Origin: a virus
Length of the DNA stretch: 64,000 bases
Strand: one strand, 5' to 3'
Virus record (IMG/VR): IMGVR_UViG_3300027754_000060
Location: 1-64,000 of that record
The notes under the pieces were generated by a model that was given only the letters and a program-made list of their open reading frames with translations, had not been told where the DNA came from and ran no database searches. Position numbers and translations under genes: made by a program. This document shows positions 39,094 to 48,694 of this stretch, in pieces (positions within the stretch are counted from its first letter, which is position 1; the number at the start of each line of letters is the position of its first letter).

Positions 39094-39811
39094 AATGGTT
39101 AAAAAAGAGAAGGTCTGTGAAGAAAAAGAAAATGTTGATATAAAGCAGCCTAAAATCACAGATATAGAATGGACGGATTATGTTCTTGGCCTTTTATCAG
39201 ATGATGAAAAAATAGGTGGAAATCCAACTACTGATGGATTAAGAAGAATATTTGAGTTGGCCTTAAATTGTAGCGTAATATCGGCTATTAGTGATGTTGT
39301 TCAGGCTCCTAGCCCAGAAAATGAAAAAAGAGCCACTGTGGTTCACTCCATTTCCTATGTTTTAAAAGATACCGCTCCAGAGGACGAAGACTTTAAACAC
39401 AAGTCTGTAAGCGGCGCTGCGGACGTTTATTGGGGCAATTGTGATAAGGTGTACAGAAACCATCCGATAGCTGTGGCAGAGACCAGAGCTGAGGGAAGAG
39501 CCTTGAGAAGAGCTTTGAGACTAAGAAAGGTTGTTGCAGCAGAGGAGATATCTAAGGAGATAGATGATCATCCTGATGAGAATACTGTTTCTAAAATAAG
39601 TAATAATCAGATAAATTTTATTGACGTAATAGCAAAAAGACTTAATATAAATATATCGAAGCTGTTAAAGAGCAATGATTTGTCTTGTGAAAATATCTAC
39701 ACTCTTTCTCATGAGAATGCAGTTAACATTATAAGATTGTTGTCAAAGTATCAGCAAAATATGGCGGACATATCAGAAAGTATTATAGGTTATTCTAACG
39801 ATTGGAAATAA
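39086..39811 (+). CDS. putative Rad52/Sak-like ssDNA-annealing protein
   Basis: GLRR, ATVV, GAAD, AETRAEGRALRRAL and AEE. Confidence 0.5.
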   Translation: MTKMVKKEKVCEEKENVDIKQPKITDIEWTDYVLGLLSDDEKIGGNPTTDGLRRIFELALNCSVISAISDVVQAPSPENEKRATVVHSISYVLKDTAPEDEDFKHKSVSGAADVYWGNCDKVYRNHPIAVAETRAEGRALRRALRLRKVVAAEEISKEIDDHPDENTVSKISNNQINFIDVIAKRLNINISKLLKSNDLSCENIYTLSHENAVNIIRLLSKYQQNMADISESIIGYSNDWK

Positions 39812-39813
39812 AA

Positions 39814-40149
39814 ATGAAAGTAACATATAGGGCCACAGATAAACTTGTTTTTGAATTAGAGGGTTCTGGACAAAAGGAAATTTTTAAAGAGTTAGCTCTA
39901 ATCCAAGAAATTTTTAGTGAAGAAAAGTGTGGACTATGTGGTAGTACAAACTTGAAGTTTATTGTTAGAAATGTAGATAATAATGATTATTTTGAATTAA
40001 GGTGCAACGATTGTGGGGCAATCTTAGCATTCGGACAACATAAAAAGGGAGGCACATTGTTTCCAAAAAGAAAAGATGATAATGCAAACTATCTCCCCAA
40101 CAAGGGGTGGCATAAATGGACAAAAGACAAAGAATCTTTATCAAAATAA
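39814..40149 (+). CDS. hypothetical zinc-binding protein
   Basis: CGLCGS...CNDCGA. Confidence 0.8.
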   Translation: MKVTYRATDKLVFELEGSGQKEIFKELALIQEIFSEEKCGLCGSTNLKFIVRNVDNNDYFELRCNDCGAILAFGQHKKGGTLFPKRKDDNANYLPNKGWHKWTKDKESLSK

Positions 40150-40159
40150 TAAACTTTGA

Positions 40160-40555
40160 TTATATTTCTTTCTTCCATTTTCCAACAGGACACTCTTGAT
40201 CTGCCCAAGCCAATTTACTAATATATCTTTTATTCCTAATAAGTAGGCATCCACATTTAGAGCATGTGTCTTCTTTAAAAAACTCACAAGATCGACAGAT
40301 ATTATGTCTTTCGATAATCTTTTCTTCTGAACATAATTTCATCCCCGTAGATATATGTTCTATTGTAGCTTTGGCAAAATTTTTTAGTTTCTCGCTAAAA
40401 GTTTTATCGTCGCTTTGTCTATGTAGTGGTTTTTTACAGATGAAAACAGGAGGATCTCCATCAAAAGATCTAAGTTTTATGCCACAATTATTACATTCAT
40501 AGTTCATACCATCTTCGCTAGAAAACTCGCAAAAACTATTTTGTGAAATACTCAT
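40160..40555 (-). CDS. small Cys-rich phage protein
   Basis: R..IC..C.FF...C.KCGC...K.....ECPVGKW. Confidence 0.8.
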   Translation of the reverse strand: MSISQNSFCEFSSEDGMNYECNNCGIKLRSFDGDPPVFICKKPLHRQSDDKTFSEKLKNFAKATIEHISTGMKLCSEEKIIERHNICRSCEFFKEDTCSKCGCLLIRNKRYISKLAWADQECPVGKWKKEI

Positions 40556-43500
40556 AAGGTATCAACTCCCATGGAAAAAGGCTTCTCATATTTTCTGATT
40601 TATTTTCTATTCCATCTACACTTCCATAAAATGCCCTAAACATCATTTCGTTTTGCAGCTGCAGAAAATCTGTAATGGGTGCTTGTTCGAGTGCTTTTGC
40701 GGCATTTTTTTGCAAACATTGCCAAGCATAAAAATTATTAATCAGTAGATAACCAGAGGTTAGCTCTTCTGGACTAGGAGGATTGGCACTACTAATTTGT
40801 TGATAAGTACTATGTTTTCCATATCTAAATACGGACGTTAATAGATCTATGCCACGAACTTGTCTAGGTATTTTTCTAAATTGCACTCGCAAATTCGCCG
40901 TATCATCAAGATTAAAAATATTATATACTCTCGCAACAGCACTTACTCTCGATCCCTCAGAATCCTGTAAGCCAAGACCCCCATCGGATGGAGATGTTAC
41001 ACACTGGATATCATTTGTTGGGCCAATTCCTGGAACATACGCGACATCTGCTGAAAAATCATTTTTTATAATCCCCTGGTTTAATCTTTTTGCTAGATCT
41101 TTTTCATCATTTATTCTTTCGTGAGGAGCAAGAAGAATTTCATATGTTTCTTTTGCTCTTACCAGTATCTCTGAGCCAGGCAATATCCCGTCGGTATCGG
41201 AGTTATAGCTGAACGATCTTTCTATGGTCGTTAGTTCCCAATTTGGAGCACCTGGCAACTTATAAAGATCGACTATTTTCTCTTTATCCTGTTTTATTTT
41301 TTCATCTGGAATCTTATAAATGAAAACGTCTCCTCCTGAATAGAAATCCTCTATACCTCCGCTCTTTATGCCCTCACCAACACCAGCACTAACTGGACAA
41401 ATATTACTATTTCCAAGAAATACCGCTGTTCCTTTTAATGTATTAATAAGAGAGCAGGCGTATTCAGTTTTAACTAAAACTCTAGGCCTCATCTCTTCTG
41501 CTATGCTACAAGATTGTTTTGGGTCTATATTGATCCAATAGTAATCATTACTAACATCTTTATATGTTATCTGATACGCTCCAGCTGAATCTGTTTTAAG
41601 ATCGATATTTATATGTTGAAGCAGTTTAGTATCTCTTATAATTGCTGATTCTTTGTCCTGAATAAAAGACCTAATTATTCCAAGATCTTTATTATTAGAA
41701 TCTTTTAGAATCTTCGTTCCATGCTCCAAAGGTAATAATCGATCTGCCTCATTTCTTGTGGGAGACTCATCTCCAATTATGATGTGTCCATCTGTTTCAG
41801 CAAGGATTTTACCAAACTTAGAATCTGGAGACGAAATACTAGCTGCTACTTTTTCGCTATCTGGTGGTGGTGACTGAGTATAAAAAACTTTAGCAAAAGG
41901 AATTGCTTGATCTTCTAATACTTTAAGAATCTCGTTTCTTTCCAAATATTTGTCTTGTAGCGATCTATAAGTTCGTTTTTTATTGCATTGATTAATATCA
42001 GATCCTTTCCCATAACAAGATCCAGCATCGTCAGGTAGAGAGGCATAATGTTCTTGTAAGTATCTAATATTTGAGCTGTTGATTATTAAGGTTGTACTAG
42101 CTGCGTCTGTTTTTCCAACACTATTATCAAGATTTGTAACATCTTCTGCTGACTCCATCTTTTGCAATCTGGCTGATAACCCTGATATCTGTTCTGGGGT
42201 CAATCTTTGAATTGGAAATTTTTGGATATAATCGTCTTCAATTATTAATTCTCCAAAATCTTGAGAGATACTCTTAAATGAAGAACTTTTTAAATACATA
42301 ATATCATATTTATGGCTAGGGGAATTTAAAATAGCTCTAGATATTTCTTCTAGAGTAGCCTGTAACTCATCGACTAATGGAGTTTTTGTATTGGGGGACG
42401 CGATATCTGAGTTCTTTGTCTTTTCTGGAGCTGTTGGCCAGCCATATCCAGAGACTATTTGAAAATTGTCTCTCAATAATAGTCTTTTATATTCTTCAGA
42501 AGAGTAAGCATAACCAGCTATTTTTTCATCTTTAACAACCTTTATTGTTTTCTGTGTTCCGTCTGTGGAATAAAACAGAGTTACCTGATTATATTTTATC
42601 TTATCGTTTTCTATATTATTAAATATCTGATATATATTTTTTAAATTATTATGTTGTAATTGGCAAGTCAAGATATTTTTATTAACAGTAGGAGAACCAT
42701 CCCCATAGCTACCTAATCCTGACAAAGAAAAACTTGACTCTGGAGTTAAGGGCCTACTTTGATTTTTATCCAGACCCCAAAGACTTATGGGGCTATTGGT
42801 TGTTGAGGTTTTTTGATTTTTAAATACTAGTAGAGTCTCACCAAATCCACACAGAGTATCATTTTTACTCATGTCTATTGGGATTTCTAATAATGTGTAG
42901 TATTTGCCATCTTTCACAATAGAGGCTTTATTTAGTATCTTTGTATCAATAGTTTTGCTGTCATCTGTTTCCCCATTAGAATATACTCTAATGCCAAAGT
43001 TTGAAACAACCGGAGTATCAGATGACTGAGCATTTGGATTTGACGATCCATACATTGAGTCTGAACTAGCAGTAGCCTCATCAGCAGAAACGCCAAATAT
43101 ATTATACGGAATATTAGTTTCCAGCAGAACAATTTGTTTATTTCTTAATTTTGTTAAAAAGCTACTATCAAAAATGCTTTTTTTATAATTGGATATATGA
43201 TTATACTGTAAAAATTTATTAGCGGATAAAAGAGCTGATGGATCATCAGATAAATTAACTAAAGAATCATCTTTTATAACATACAAACCAGGCGATGGAG
43301 AATCATCAGCATCTGGGTCACATGGTTCTACAAAAGAAACATCAACTATGTCTCCTTCTTCATAAGAGACATCTGAGACAGTAGAAAATGATCCAGAGTT
43401 AGGAGAAAAGCTTTTACAATCAATAATACTTAATTTTTTAATAAAAATAGGATCTATTAAATCTTCCATGCTTTCTACTACTGAATACGAAAATTCTCCC

Positions 43501-46500
43501 AAAGATGGCAGGATTCCTTTTTTCAACCTTATAAACTTATATTTATTGTGCTCAAGTATTGGAGTATTAGCATATTTAAATATAGAAGCCTCTAACTTAT
43601 ACCAAAAACACCCATCTTTACTAGCATTTATTAATATTTTTTCTGGCGACCCAAAAGGATAAGAGTTATAATTTGGGGAATAGATATTTCTTACTGTTGC
43701 ATCCAAAGCTCTCCCATAAGCCATGTCTTTAAACATGTTAAATAAAGCCTGATATCCAGCATAATATCCTGCTGTTGGTCCCGTCATAGCTCCTACAAAC
43801 GTTCCTGTCATAGCTCCGCCTAGTACTCCGAGTAAAATTTGTTGCATCGCTTCGGATGGAAATCTTACCGGTCCTAAAAAAGAACCTTTTCCAACAAGTG
43901 ACGGATTAGCAGATTCGCATGAGCCAGCGTCGTTCATAAATATATTTGGGGCATTTAAATTAACCAGAGGCAATAGATGTTTTTTATCTGACATATTGGC
44001 TATGAAATTATATCCGGGGTATTGTGGATCTTTACCATACTCAATTAATGATAAGGCGTCAGCGTTTCCATATGTTGATAATCCACCACCCATAGAAGGC
44101 GTAGGCTTCCTTGTTTTTCCAGTGTGCAATACTAGCTCCCAGCTGCATAATGATCCGTATATATCGGAAGATTTAGGTTTTTTTTCTATGTTGTCAAAAT
44201 TAGTGTACGAATCATTCGAAGCAATCATGTCATAAGCAATCATATCATCTGGCTCATCTAGCACAGCTATGTTTAGGATAAAGGTTGTAGAAGAATCAAA
44301 GGCTGTTTGTTGTTGTTTTGATGAGCAGCCATCTGGTCCGCATCCATTACTTCTTGTAGCAGAAGAGAATAATTGTTTGTTTTTTAGTTTACTAAATTTA
44401 TTATTTGTTATATTAAATCTATTAGTGTTAATAATCCTATTTATTAAAGAATGATCCCTTGTAGAATATCCAAAAGTAGCAGTGGTTGGAGAGACCTCTC
44501 CGTTATTTTTTATGATATTCTGTTCACTATTCGCCCCCATTGGATTCGCAGTACTTTGATCATATAAACAGTTGTGGCTTGAAGCATGATCAGAGAACTT
44601 AATACTAAAATTATATTCCTTATTCTGTATTTGCTCTTGGTTCAATAAGTATATTTTAAAGTTTGAGGCTGGACCATCAGATGAGTTCATATCTGTTAAA
44701 GATTTTAGATATGATCCAACAAATTTATTTTTAATACCCTCTGGGATAAGATTTGATCCTGTTTCCGTTGGCCATTTATATCCAGTAGCATGGACTTGAG
44801 GAGGAAAGCTTTGATCTATAAATTCAACGTTTCCAGACACAACATCTGGATTGGGTGGATTGTAAGGGCCAGCATTTCCGCATGGGGCAGGAGGAAGAGG
44901 AAGCTGCCTATCTATCTCTGATAAGGATGGCTCTACTTCTAACCATATAACTAAATTTTTAGTATTAACATAATTTAAAAAGTTTAATTTTACCTCTATA
45001 TCCTCTATGGTAAAACTGTTAACTCTAGGATTCCTTAATCCTAATGCTGGTGGAGCCCTACCATTATGAGGTATTCTTCTTGATGGTCCAGAAACAGCAA
45101 AACTATATGAGAATTGATTATTATTTTTACCAAGTTTTGAATAACCTTTATATGCCCGGGTATTCTTACCGCCAAGTGCTCCAAGAGTAGAGCTAAAAAC
45201 AAATTCATCATTTACAGGATCAGACCCAGAAGCATTTAATTCAGAGGATCTTGGATTTCCTCCACCCAGAATCCTATATCCATGAGCATATCTAGCGCTG
45301 ATCAGTTGATCCAAATACTCTTTATGTAGCTGATTTTTTTGATTCATAGCGCCGAATTCTGCTTGAAATTGTTCTGCTGTTTGGTTTTCTGTAATTCCCG
45401 TTGTGTCTTTCTGGTCTGCGGGAGGACACTTACACAAAGGTGCCCACCTAACATGTGGGGCTATATCTATCTTAATGGCGCTCCTATAAATATTTGGCTC
45501 TATACCATTATTGTATCCATTTTTAAGACCAAACAATCCTGGACCAGTAAAGCTAAATGTATCTCTTGCTCCTGGATTAAATTTTAATACGCTACTACTA
45601 TTTTTAGTTCCACTAGCTACTCCAATAGCAGTATATCCTGTTCCATCATAAGGCAACCACCCCGATCCAGGATGAAAGACCCCTTTGGAAAACTCAATAT
45701 GTGCCGATGAAGGAGACAGACTTTTTTGATAACATAGTTTTAAACTTTTTTCTGATTCTAACATATTGGGGATATTGTTCTTATCATTTAATGGGAATCC
45801 TGTTATTGATGGTAAATATATCGGAGACACTGATACACCACTTGGAATACCTTGTGGAAGATCTAATGGATTATTTGGCGGTGGGATTTTATGATCTGGA
45901 ATATCTATGCCTATATCTTCTTTAATAATTTTACTACTATATCCACCATAACTAGCTATCTTTGGAGATAGGTTGGTGCTTATTAAAGGATAAACATATG
46001 TCTGTGGCTCTTCTGGCACGAACATCTTTTTTTCATTGCTATAAGAATATTTTTGAAGATTGAAAGAGTCGGGATGTTTTTGAGTTCTACGATACTTCAC
46101 AACAGTGTTTGTGATGCCATTGTCAAAATCTGTAGATGGCTGTCCTTCAAATTTTGGTTCGCACATACTCAAACACTGATAACAATCTCCAGAATTATTT
46201 CGTAAATTTTCTAGAGAGACTCTCTCCAGTTTAACAACCGTATTATTTAGAGCATAGTTTATCTGAAGATTAGAGTCTTTTTCATTTGGAACAAACAAGA
46301 TATTTGATAATGAACTATCAAAAAAATTAAATTTATAGTTGTGAGATTCTAAAGAATCAATTATTGTGTCTCTTTCTACCTTAAAATCAGTTTTAATAGG
46401 CCAGAACATTCCATGCCTATTAATAGCTATTTTATTCATGTTGCAGACTAACACTCTTAGATTATCCCTATTGGGTAAGACGGATGGGGATTCCTTAAGA

Positions 46501-48692
46501 GCGAGATTATTTAGATCTATAGGGTCTGGAAATTTCCAAAGATTAATATCTTCATTACCGTTGTAGATGGCTACTCCGTATGGTAATAGGCCGCTATTAG
46601 GATCGTCCCTGTATCTTCCAAAATATATATTATTTATAGGAGGACTATTATCTTTGTAAGGCACCTGTCTACCATCTACTACATAAAAAGTTTTTTGTTT
46701 AATAAAAGTTCCAAATGGCGTCAATACTGTACACTGTATCATTTGTCTGCCAGTCGCTCCTATACCAAAAGTAACATTTTGACTGGTGGAAGTGTCGAAT
46801 CTGGATAAATCTTTTGTTTGTTTGTTTTCATCTGAAAAAAATCCTCTTGGTCCGCTGACCTGTTCCCAAAAACAAGATATTTGACTTTTAGCTTCGTTCA
46901 GAGATGGAGCAAAGGGACTGTCAATTCTAGAATCTAAACAATCGTCAATATTTAACAGAACTTTAAATTTGATACCTCCGTCGCCCCCTGTGCCATCCCA
47001 TCTAAAAATATGAGTTAGTGGAGAATTTTTAAGCTTTTCAGGAGTAGAATCATCTGCCTCTCCTATCATATTACCCTTCTTAACGTTCGTAACTTCTTCC
47101 ATCACAATGTTTAATTCTAAATTATTCTTTATTTTTGTTTTTACTAAATCTCTGAGATAAACAGTATTTTTAGTTTCCCCCGCCACTGCAAGTTTTATTT
47201 CACTAGATTGATCATTTAGAATAGTTTTAATCGCAAGCTTGCCTATGGTTATCTCCTGATTATTAAAAACGGTAGTATCTTTTAAAGTCTTCTTACATAG
47301 TGTTGATCCTATCTGACTAATAACTATACTATCTCCATGGATTAATTTGTTCTTATAGCTAAGGTTGTCTTTTATGACTAATTTTGCTCCATATTTTTCT
47401 ATGAGCTTTTTAAATAAAGAGGATGATGTAGTAATAAGATTATTATTAAGAGTTGTTGTGGATAATCTAGTATCTAAATCAAAACTAGTTATCGGTGCTT
47501 GCTGAATATTTTCAATCTTATTTTGTAAAAGACTGCTAATTTTAATTAATACGTCTCTTAAATTAATCAATTCTGTCGCTACAGAGTTTGACTGATTATT
47601 TAGATAATCTTTAATAAGTTCTTTTATTTCCATAGAGTCCAATGAATTAATGGCGAATTCTGAAATCCAAGGACTCGTACTTAGGTAATGTGATAATTTT
47701 TTAAATAGTCTAGATCTTTTAATATCTCTAATACCGAATGTCTTTTTTTCATCAAGAGTTAATATATGATAAATTTGAGTATATGTGTTATGCAGAGAGG
47801 CGGAGATATATGATGATGAGGGCTTATCCGAAGTAGATCCTATATTTAGTTCAGATAGTGTTTTATAGTATGAAAAACAATCTCCGTTCGCTATCCACAG
47901 TTCGCATCTACCTATATCGGGTATGAACTCTTTGAGTCTATCTTCTTCGACAGAGGAATTATCTGTTCTGTTTTCTGTAGTAACTATTGGGGATAAAATA
48001 AATTTAATATTTGTTGCTGCTCCACCAAAAGATGAAATGGTTATAAAAGGATTTTCCTCAGAAAATTTTATCTTCTGAGTAGTGTCTGAGCTTGTTGAAA
48101 AAGTTGTTTCTTTTATCTTTGTTGAATATAATAAGTCGTCACTTAATTTAATATAAACATCTGTGGGGCTACCACCCACCCTAGAAATCCTGGAACCAAT
48201 AGGAAAATTAGAGATACTATCAGGGTCCCCTTTTATTAACTGGGAGTTATCAGACTGTAAAACTCTAACCCAACACATAATCCCATAAGTTAAAACATAA
48301 GGATTAGAAGATCTATTTAATATCCAATCTATTGACATTTTGCTATCACCAGCATTCCAATTATTAAATTCTGGCTTAAATTCTATAAAATCTTCTATTC
48401 CTAGTCTTCCACTACTAGTTTTTCCTGTTTGACCAGAAATGCCCCCGTCATTGGACAGTACTTTATTAACGATATTGTTATCATTGTCTATAAATATGGG
48501 ATACCAAATATTGGGAGGCATAGGATTAGCTGGAAGCATAAGAGATTTTAGAATAGATTTCTTATCGCTTATTGTATTAGAAACTCCATTTGAAAACTGA
48601 ATATTTTGATCCATCAACTTATAGGATAATAGATCATCAGCAAAAGATTTGTTAAAAATCTCGCAATTGTCTTTGGTATTATATATTGTCAT
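40536..48692 (-). CDS. 2718-aa putative virion structural protein with PKD-like and proprotein-convertase P-like segments
   Basis: Uninterrupted ORF; WEQVSGP; IEDIEVKL...NLVIWL and GSLCSWELVL. Confidence 0.7.
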   Translation of the reverse strand: MTIYNTKDNCEIFNKSFADDLLSYKLMDQNIQFSNGVSNTISDKKSILKSLMLPANPMPPNIWYPIFIDNDNNIVNKVLSNDGGISGQTGKTSSGRLGIEDFIEFKPEFNNWNAGDSKMSIDWILNRSSNPYVLTYGIMCWVRVLQSDNSQLIKGDPDSISNFPIGSRISRVGGSPTDVYIKLSDDLLYSTKIKETTFSTSSDTTQKIKFSEENPFITISSFGGAATNIKFILSPIVTTENRTDNSSVEEDRLKEFIPDIGRCELWIANGDCFSYYKTLSELNIGSTSDKPSSSYISASLHNTYTQIYHILTLDEKKTFGIRDIKRSRLFKKLSHYLSTSPWISEFAINSLDSMEIKELIKDYLNNQSNSVATELINLRDVLIKISSLLQNKIENIQQAPITSFDLDTRLSTTTLNNNLITTSSSLFKKLIEKYGAKLVIKDNLSYKNKLIHGDSIVISQIGSTLCKKTLKDTTVFNNQEITIGKLAIKTILNDQSSEIKLAVAGETKNTVYLRDLVKTKIKNNLELNIVMEEVTNVKKGNMIGEADDSTPEKLKNSPLTHIFRWDGTGGDGGIKFKVLLNIDDCLDSRIDSPFAPSLNEAKSQISCFWEQVSGPRGFFSDENKQTKDLSRFDTSTSQNVTFGIGATGRQMIQCTVLTPFGTFIKQKTFYVVDGRQVPYKDNSPPINNIYFGRYRDDPNSGLLPYGVAIYNGNEDINLWKFPDPIDLNNLALKESPSVLPNRDNLRVLVCNMNKIAINRHGMFWPIKTDFKVERDTIIDSLESHNYKFNFFDSSLSNILFVPNEKDSNLQINYALNNTVVKLERVSLENLRNNSGDCYQCLSMCEPKFEGQPSTDFDNGITNTVVKYRRTQKHPDSFNLQKYSYSNEKKMFVPEEPQTYVYPLISTNLSPKIASYGGYSSKIIKEDIGIDIPDHKIPPPNNPLDLPQGIPSGVSVSPIYLPSITGFPLNDKNNIPNMLESEKSLKLCYQKSLSPSSAHIEFSKGVFHPGSGWLPYDGTGYTAIGVASGTKNSSSVLKFNPGARDTFSFTGPGLFGLKNGYNNGIEPNIYRSAIKIDIAPHVRWAPLCKCPPADQKDTTGITENQTAEQFQAEFGAMNQKNQLHKEYLDQLISARYAHGYRILGGGNPRSSELNASGSDPVNDEFVFSSTLGALGGKNTRAYKGYSKLGKNNNQFSYSFAVSGPSRRIPHNGRAPPALGLRNPRVNSFTIEDIEVKLNFLNYVNTKNLVIWLEVEPSLSEIDRQLPLPPAPCGNAGPYNPPNPDVVSGNVEFIDQSFPPQVHATGYKWPTETGSNLIPEGIKNKFVGSYLKSLTDMNSSDGPASNFKIYLLNQEQIQNKEYNFSIKFSDHASSHNCLYDQSTANPMGANSEQNIIKNNGEVSPTTATFGYSTRDHSLINRIINTNRFNITNNKFSKLKNKQLFSSATRSNGCGPDGCSSKQQQTAFDSSTTFILNIAVLDEPDDMIAYDMIASNDSYTNFDNIEKKPKSSDIYGSLCSWELVLHTGKTRKPTPSMGGGLSTYGNADALSLIEYGKDPQYPGYNFIANMSDKKHLLPLVNLNAPNIFMNDAGSCESANPSLVGKGSFLGPVRFPSEAMQQILLGVLGGAMTGTFVGAMTGPTAGYYAGYQALFNMFKDMAYGRALDATVRNIYSPNYNSYPFGSPEKILINASKDGCFWYKLEASIFKYANTPILEHNKYKFIRLKKGILPSLGEFSYSVVESMEDLIDPIFIKKLSIIDCKSFSPNSGSFSTVSDVSYEEGDIVDVSFVEPCDPDADDSPSPGLYVIKDDSLVNLSDDPSALLSANKFLQYNHISNYKKSIFDSSFLTKLRNKQIVLLETNIPYNIFGVSADEATASSDSMYGSSNPNAQSSDTPVVSNFGIRVYSNGETDDSKTIDTKILNKASIVKDGKYYTLLEIPIDMSKNDTLCGFGETLLVFKNQKTSTTNSPISLWGLDKNQSRPLTPESSFSLSGLGSYGDGSPTVNKNILTCQLQHNNLKNIYQIFNNIENDKIKYNQVTLFYSTDGTQKTIKVVKDEKIAGYAYSSEEYKRLLLRDNFQIVSGYGWPTAPEKTKNSDIASPNTKTPLVDELQATLEEISRAILNSPSHKYDIMYLKSSSFKSISQDFGELIIEDDYIQKFPIQRLTPEQISGLSARLQKMESAEDVTNLDNSVGKTDAASTTLIINSSNIRYLQEHYASLPDDAGSCYGKGSDINQCNKKRTYRSLQDKYLERNEILKVLEDQAIPFAKVFYTQSPPPDSEKVAASISSPDSKFGKILAETDGHIIIGDESPTRNEADRLLPLEHGTKILKDSNNKDLGIIRSFIQDKESAIIRDTKLLQHINIDLKTDSAGAYQITYKDVSNDYYWINIDPKQSCSIAEEMRPRVLVKTEYACSLINTLKGTAVFLGNSNICPVSAGVGEGIKSGGIEDFYSGGDVFIYKIPDEKIKQDKEKIVDLYKLPGAPNWELTTIERSFSYNSDTDGILPGSEILVRAKETYEILLAPHERINDEKDLAKRLNQGIIKNDFSADVAYVPGIGPTNDIQCVTSPSDGGLGLQDSEGSRVSAVARVYNIFNLDDTANLRVQFRKIPRQVRGIDLLTSVFRYGKHSTYQQISSANPPSPEELTSGYLLINNFYAWQCLQKNAAKALEQAPITDFLQLQNEMMFRAFYGSVDGIENKSENMRSLFPWELIPYEYFTK

Positions 48693-48694
48693 GC

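Noticed and set aside
40150-40159. Bidirectional terminator at the convergence of the two gene blocks
   Set aside because: The gap is only 10 bp and has no convincing hairpin.
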